NCBI RefSeq assembly: GCF_009914755.1
Contig: NC_060935.1
From: the human T2T-CHM13v2.0 reference genome, Homo sapiens
DNA length: 64,000 nt
Direction: 5' to 3' (one strand)
Made by a program: the position numbers and the translations under genes. Shown piece after piece: positions 26,966 through 64,000 of the stretch. The notes beneath the pieces are model-generated. The model ran no database searches and was not told where the DNA came from. It was given only the letters and a program-made list of their open reading frames with translations. Numbering within the stretch: position 1 is the first letter of the stretch; every line of letters starts with the position of its first letter.

Positions 26966-28219
26966 AACACTATGGCCACATGTTGGTGCCCATCAGAGGA
27001 CACTGGGAGGCATGAAAAGCTCCACGGTTACCAGTTGGTACGTGAGGAGGATGAGCAGATAGACAGACAGACAGGACTGGGGTCCTCTCAGGGTCCCACC
27101 AGCCAAGCACAGACAGATGCTTAATTCAGACTTGGACAGAAGATAGCTCAGGACCTGGATTTCAGTCCTGCTCTGCTGCTCATAGGTGGGGCAGCTGCAG
27201 GAAATCGGGCTCAGCCTCCTAGCCTGTGAAATGGGTATTCAACTCCACAAATATTGACTGAGCCCTAACTTTGTTGAAGGCCCTTCCCTGAATGTTGAGA
27301 AGGTACAAAAATGAATCTCCTCCTTTGAGGGGTTAATCACAGGCTGGGTAAAATGCTACTAGCCATCAGTGATGAGGAACTCTGCTGGCTGCTTTGCATA
27401 TGACATCAACCTCCTGACCAACTCCGTTAGAGAGATGGAATTGGCCTCACTTTTCAGAAGAGAAAACCATGGCTCAAGAAGAGTCTCAGATGTGGGTGGA
27501 CTGATCCCCAAGCAGGTGGCTGTCAGGGAGCCTGCCAACCTGTCAGCCACACTGTGGAGAGGGGAAGGCAGCCTGGTCTAGGCCCATGTGTTGGGAGAAC
27601 CACCAGGCCTGAGCCAAAGCCTCATCTGAAAGGGTGGTGAGCTACCGGGCTGAGGACCCAGGCGAGGAGGGAGGGGTCCATAGGCTGTGTGGGGAACTGC
27701 CCTGTGGAGAGGGAGGGTGAAGTCCACTCTCCAAGAAATGGGGACAGGTGTGAGCCATGGGGCTGGCTTCAGACCTCACATGCACACTGGTGGGACTAGA
27801 ATTTGTGCTGTGGGAGGCTCATGACTGAGGCAGGGTGCCAGGTGCCATCACTCCTGACTCCACCTGTGCCCCTCCTACCAGGCACTCAGAGGCTCTCCGA
27901 AGCCCCTGTCCCCAGCTCCCACTGGAGGGGCACACCTGCCCAGGCTGGTGGGAAACCACCACATCCACTTACTCCATGATGTGCCTGGACACTGGGGGGA
28001 CAGAGACAAATACAACCTTGCCTCCAGCCTGAGCTGGAGTTTACACAGCTACTGTGTAAACGTGTGTGCAGAGCAGACAGAATGGAGCTTGAAGGTGCTA
28101 TGATGGAGGTCTGTGTGGACTTCTGAGACTTAAAAAGGGAGGGAATGGTCAGTTCTACTTGAAAATTGTTCATTGAGCACTTACCATGCACCAAGTGCTT
28201 TACTTGTATTATTTCATTC

Positions 28220-32756
<4,537 letters not shown>

Positions 32757-34387
32757 CAGGCTTTTTTTCCAACTCTAAAACAAAATCCCATTTTTTCCTT
32801 AAATTTAGTTCCTCAGGAACAGAGAACTTTGCAATGATGATCTCAACTCTGCATCATCTGGTGACTCCTGATTCTGCAGGACTAAGACATTTCCCAAGAG
32901 TTCTGCTGCATCAGCCAGTGAGGACAAGAGTTCTTCAGTGCGGTTCAGCTCAAGGACACCTAGGCTTCCCCAGCAGGGGGCTTGCTTGCAGGTCTGACAA
33001 ACCACAGAGCGTTGAGCAGATGGCCTGGGACTCCCAGACCTGGCAGAGGGTTTTATTAGGGCCCGCCTGGCCTGCACCGTTTCATCCAAGTACCCTGACC
33101 CAGCACTCATCTTCCCTGGCATTCTCTGTTATCCACCAGCTCCTCTGCACACCTCAGCGTCTACTTCCACGAACTTCTAAACATCAAAAGGTACAATGGC
33201 CAGGGGTGCGGCAGGAGAGTCGGGGGCAGGGCAGCCTTCAAATCCAAACTATTGAATCCACACGATGGAAAGAAGAGAAAGATGGGGAAATTCTCCAGAG
33301 ATCATGAGATGCATCCAGGCAGTGTTCTCATGTGAGAGGATAGGGAGGCCAAAAACTAAAATTGCTATCAGCCCCCGCCGCTGTCTGGTACGCGAGGAAA
33401 CTTTCCGAGGACTTTACAAGCATAGTTGCAAAATGCTAGTAGGTCTGGGACTCTTCAACTTTCTCTTCTAGGGCCAAGTAGACTCGGTGTAACTTATTTT
33501 GTAAGAAATGGGTATGGGTGACAAGAGGGGCCACCTTCCACCCCTGCAGCAGAGTGGTAAGACTCCAGCGTGGGCCCTGTGCAAGGGACCAGCCCAGAGG
33601 CCATGAGCCACAGAAACTCACAGCACCTGGTGGCCACACCCTGAAATGCACCCTTTGCTCCAAGCAGCCAGCGCCCTATCAACCTGGCATTTACCAAACA
33701 TCTCAACAGCAGACCAGAACTAGAAAACACAGCTTCTGTGTAGTACACACTTATGGTCTGAGACCCAACTAAGGCTCCCTACATCCTTCAAAACTCAGAC
33801 TCCACAGGCTGAATGTCCAGCTTCTTCCTCCAAGACAGAATTGCCCTCAGCCCACGAATTCTCTCTGGGACTATTTACAGAATCAAAGGGGAAACCCACG
33901 GAACTGAAAACCTCTTTACACAGGTGGGTTCAAGAAGAAAGCCACCAACAGAAGGCAACTCAGGAGGGAGAGGCCGAGGCTGGCAGAGCCCCTGGGCCTA
34001 TTTCCAAGCAGCCACCCCTCCCAACAAGAGCAGAGGTGCCTCTCACCTCAACCCTCAGCCCTTTAACTTCTGGCTGGGCCACTGATTCTCCTCCCCAGTC
34101 TGTGGCCCATCTGGAAACTGGCTATGGTACTTTGGGGAGATAGGAAGGACAGGACGACAAGAGACAGGACACCAGTGAGTGGCTGGGCCAGGCGGCCCCA
34201 TTTCCTAAAACCAAGATGGCTGCCGCTGCTGCCCAAGCCCTCAAAGGCAGACAGTCCTCATGCGCAGCACCAGCACACACACAGGTAACAAGACCAGGGG
34301 AGGGGACCCTAAGTGTCCTCTCCACAGGGAGGTGGCTATGTACAGGACAGGAGGGAGAGTCTGGCCAGGTGCACCCCCCACTGCATC

Positions 34388-39257
<4,870 letters not shown>

Positions 39258-39919
39258 AACTAGGCTCCGTCTCGAGCTCCTCCAGCGCCGCCGCCCCGGG
39301 CGCGCGCCAACCGGGAAGGCCACTCGCTGCAAAAAACGTTCGAATTACCCGCCCTGCGGGAAAGGAAGCGGAAGTGACGTAGGGCTAGCGGTCTGCGGCC
39401 CTCGGAACCCCGAGTCTTTTCCACCCGTCTTCACCTCTAGCGGCAGCGGAGGCGTGGCCCAGGGGCGCGATGGCGTCATCAGCGCGCGCCGCACCCGGAA
39501 GAGACGTGGCAGCGGAGGGATAATCGGGGCGGCCGGGGCTGAAGGGAGAGGCGCAGGAGCCCTGGGGAGAGTGGTCCCTGCCCTTCCGCGCCTCGAGCCA
39601 TCGCTACCGCCCTTCGGAACCAGTGCAGCGGCCGATCAGTAAACACAGAGACTGGGGTCTGTAGAGAAGGGGCGGGACTTGGAGGGGGTGGGGCTCAGGA
39701 GAGGTCTTGGGGGCGGGGCCGGTAGTATCGGGGAGCCTCTGATGGAGGGGCCTGGCCGGGGGCGGGATCCAGAAGGATTGAGGGGTCGCCGGAGGCGGGA
39801 TTTATGCAGGGGGTGTTTCTCCGCATAAGGAGGGACAGTGGGCAGGAATCTGAGATCGGGGCGAATATGAGAGGTGTCTGGGGGAGTTAAGAGTGGAAAC
39901 TGGGCTGGTGAGAGCGTAG

Positions 39920-43392
<3,473 letters not shown>

Positions 43393-43509
43393 GCCCCCTT
43401 GCTTGTGGCTAGGCCAGCCTAGGATGTGGGTTCTGTGGAGGAGAGGCGGGGTAATGGGGAGGCTGAGGGCACCTCTTCACTGCCCCTCTCCCTCAAGCCT
43501 AAGACACTA

Positions 43510-44459
<950 letters not shown>

Positions 44460-45217
44460 CTAGAACACAGGCTGATTCCAGCCAACACAGGAGTGCCTCA
44501 CGGGTGGTAGGGGTGCTTTGAATTGTGAGATCAGTGGGGGCCCATGGCAATGGCGAAGGGGCAGCAGCCCTAGTTATCCCATACTCACTCTAGACGCTTT
44601 TATGCATGTCTCAAGTTTCCCAAAACGGAGGCAGTGTGAACACAGTCTACAGATGAAGAACTGGGGCTCAGAAAAGTTGAGGGGCGTGGTCTAGATTTAC
44701 AGCAAGTCTTAGGCAGATGAGAGATGAGGACCCAGCTGCATAGCTGGAAGGCATTCCCAGGTGAGGGGAGGCCTGTATTTGCTCTACCCTCTGGTGGAGA
44801 GGAATTACGAGAAGGGAAGGATCAACAGATTCTTCAGAGCTGTCCCGGGACCTTCCCCGTGCCCTTCCCAGGTGTGGCCCAGAAGGCACCTGGCTTTTCC
44901 ATTGTCTCCCAAGATGTTCTTACAGGACCTGATGCTGGTCAGCTTTCTGCTCCGCCACCTTCAGGTGCTTGGAGCATTTTCACCTCTGTCAGTCTAAGAG
45001 TCCCATGAGACAGCTGGGGCTGGTGGCATAAGTCCTATTTGACACTTGAGTCTGAGGCAGAGGGAGGATGGTCTTCCTCAAGCTGTTATAGCCAGTGAGG
45101 GAGAGAGTCAATACTGAAACGAAGATCCGATACTACCTGAGGCTGTGCTGAGTGAGCAGGGTCACATGCAAGCCAGGAGGAAGAAATCTCCTCCATGCAT
45201 GTGAGAGATGAGAACTA

Positions 45218-50945
<5,728 letters not shown>

Positions 50946-51529
50946 GGCGCAGCTCAGCGCAGAGACTTACAATGCGCCACAGATAGTCCTGAAGGCAATT
51001 CTGATGCACGTCAGAGGACCAGGCCCTAAGAAGAACTGCGCTAGAGGCGTGGTACAGAATAGTGTACATGCATTTAATCCTCGTAGCCCCCCTGTGAAGT
51101 ATGTACCCCAATTTTAGGAATGGGATAAACTGAGCCACTGCCAGTGGCAGGATCCCAGGAACACTCTACTCTGGCCTCACGTCCCGCATCCGTCCATTGC
51201 ATCTGGGCACATATTCCGTGGGCCCCTTGCCTGCGAGAGTGCAGGTTGGGGAGCCACTACCCGTCCCCCTTCTGGGACAGCAGCAACCCCAGGCAGTTCC
51301 ACAAAATGCTTCCACCCAGGAAACTGGGGGAATTCAGGGCTCTCCCGGAACCTTTGCACCCGGGGAAGACAGGTGCGGGGGAACTCTAGTCTCGAAGGAC
51401 CTAGGGCTGCAGGGGGACGTTTCACCTGAAGGACTGCCTCGTTTCAACAACAACTTTATGGCTCCCGGAAGTGCCTCCTCCCCGTCCCCTTCCTTTCCAG
51501 CCTCACGCCCGTGGGCTGCAGTTGGAACG

Positions 51530-64000
<12,471 letters not shown>

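Noticed and set aside
51197-51457. Upstream part of the 245-aa ORF covering VPS51 exon 1
   Set aside because: It starts at a non-ATG codon, probably upstream of the TSS; GC-rich promoter DNA often stays open by chance.

Overview
Human-type genomic DNA, very Alu-rich. The gene order SAC3D1-NAALADL1-CDCA5-ZFPL1-TMEM262-VPS51 identifies chr11q13.1. Spliced CDSs were rebuilt by hand from GT-AG junctions and reading-frame phase: NAALADL1 (-, 18 exons, 740 aa), CDCA5/sororin (-, 6 exons, 252 aa), ZFPL1 (+, 7 coding exons, 310 aa), TMEM262/CATSPER-eta (-, 3 exons, 116 aa), VPS51 exons 1-5 (+, cut by the window end), and the last codons and 3'UTR of SAC3D1. The main unexplained signal lies between NAALADL1 and CDCA5. 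It is a phase-consistent chain of five minus-strand exons (23423 to 21606) with canonical splice sites and no internal stop, encoding about 185 aa with a long coiled coil, followed by its own AATAAA. It looks like a hidden or decaying protein-coding gene whose 5' end I cannot resolve, and it could be reached by CDCA5 read-through. Other observations: two pairs of tail-to-tail genes with interdigitated poly(A) signals, a CDE/CHR-containing bidirectional CDCA5/ZFPL1 promoter, an HNF1+HNF4-type NAALADL1 promoter, several in-frame stop-free introns, and local templated-copy scars. No prokaryotic systems, CRISPR arrays, tRNA or rRNA genes were seen.
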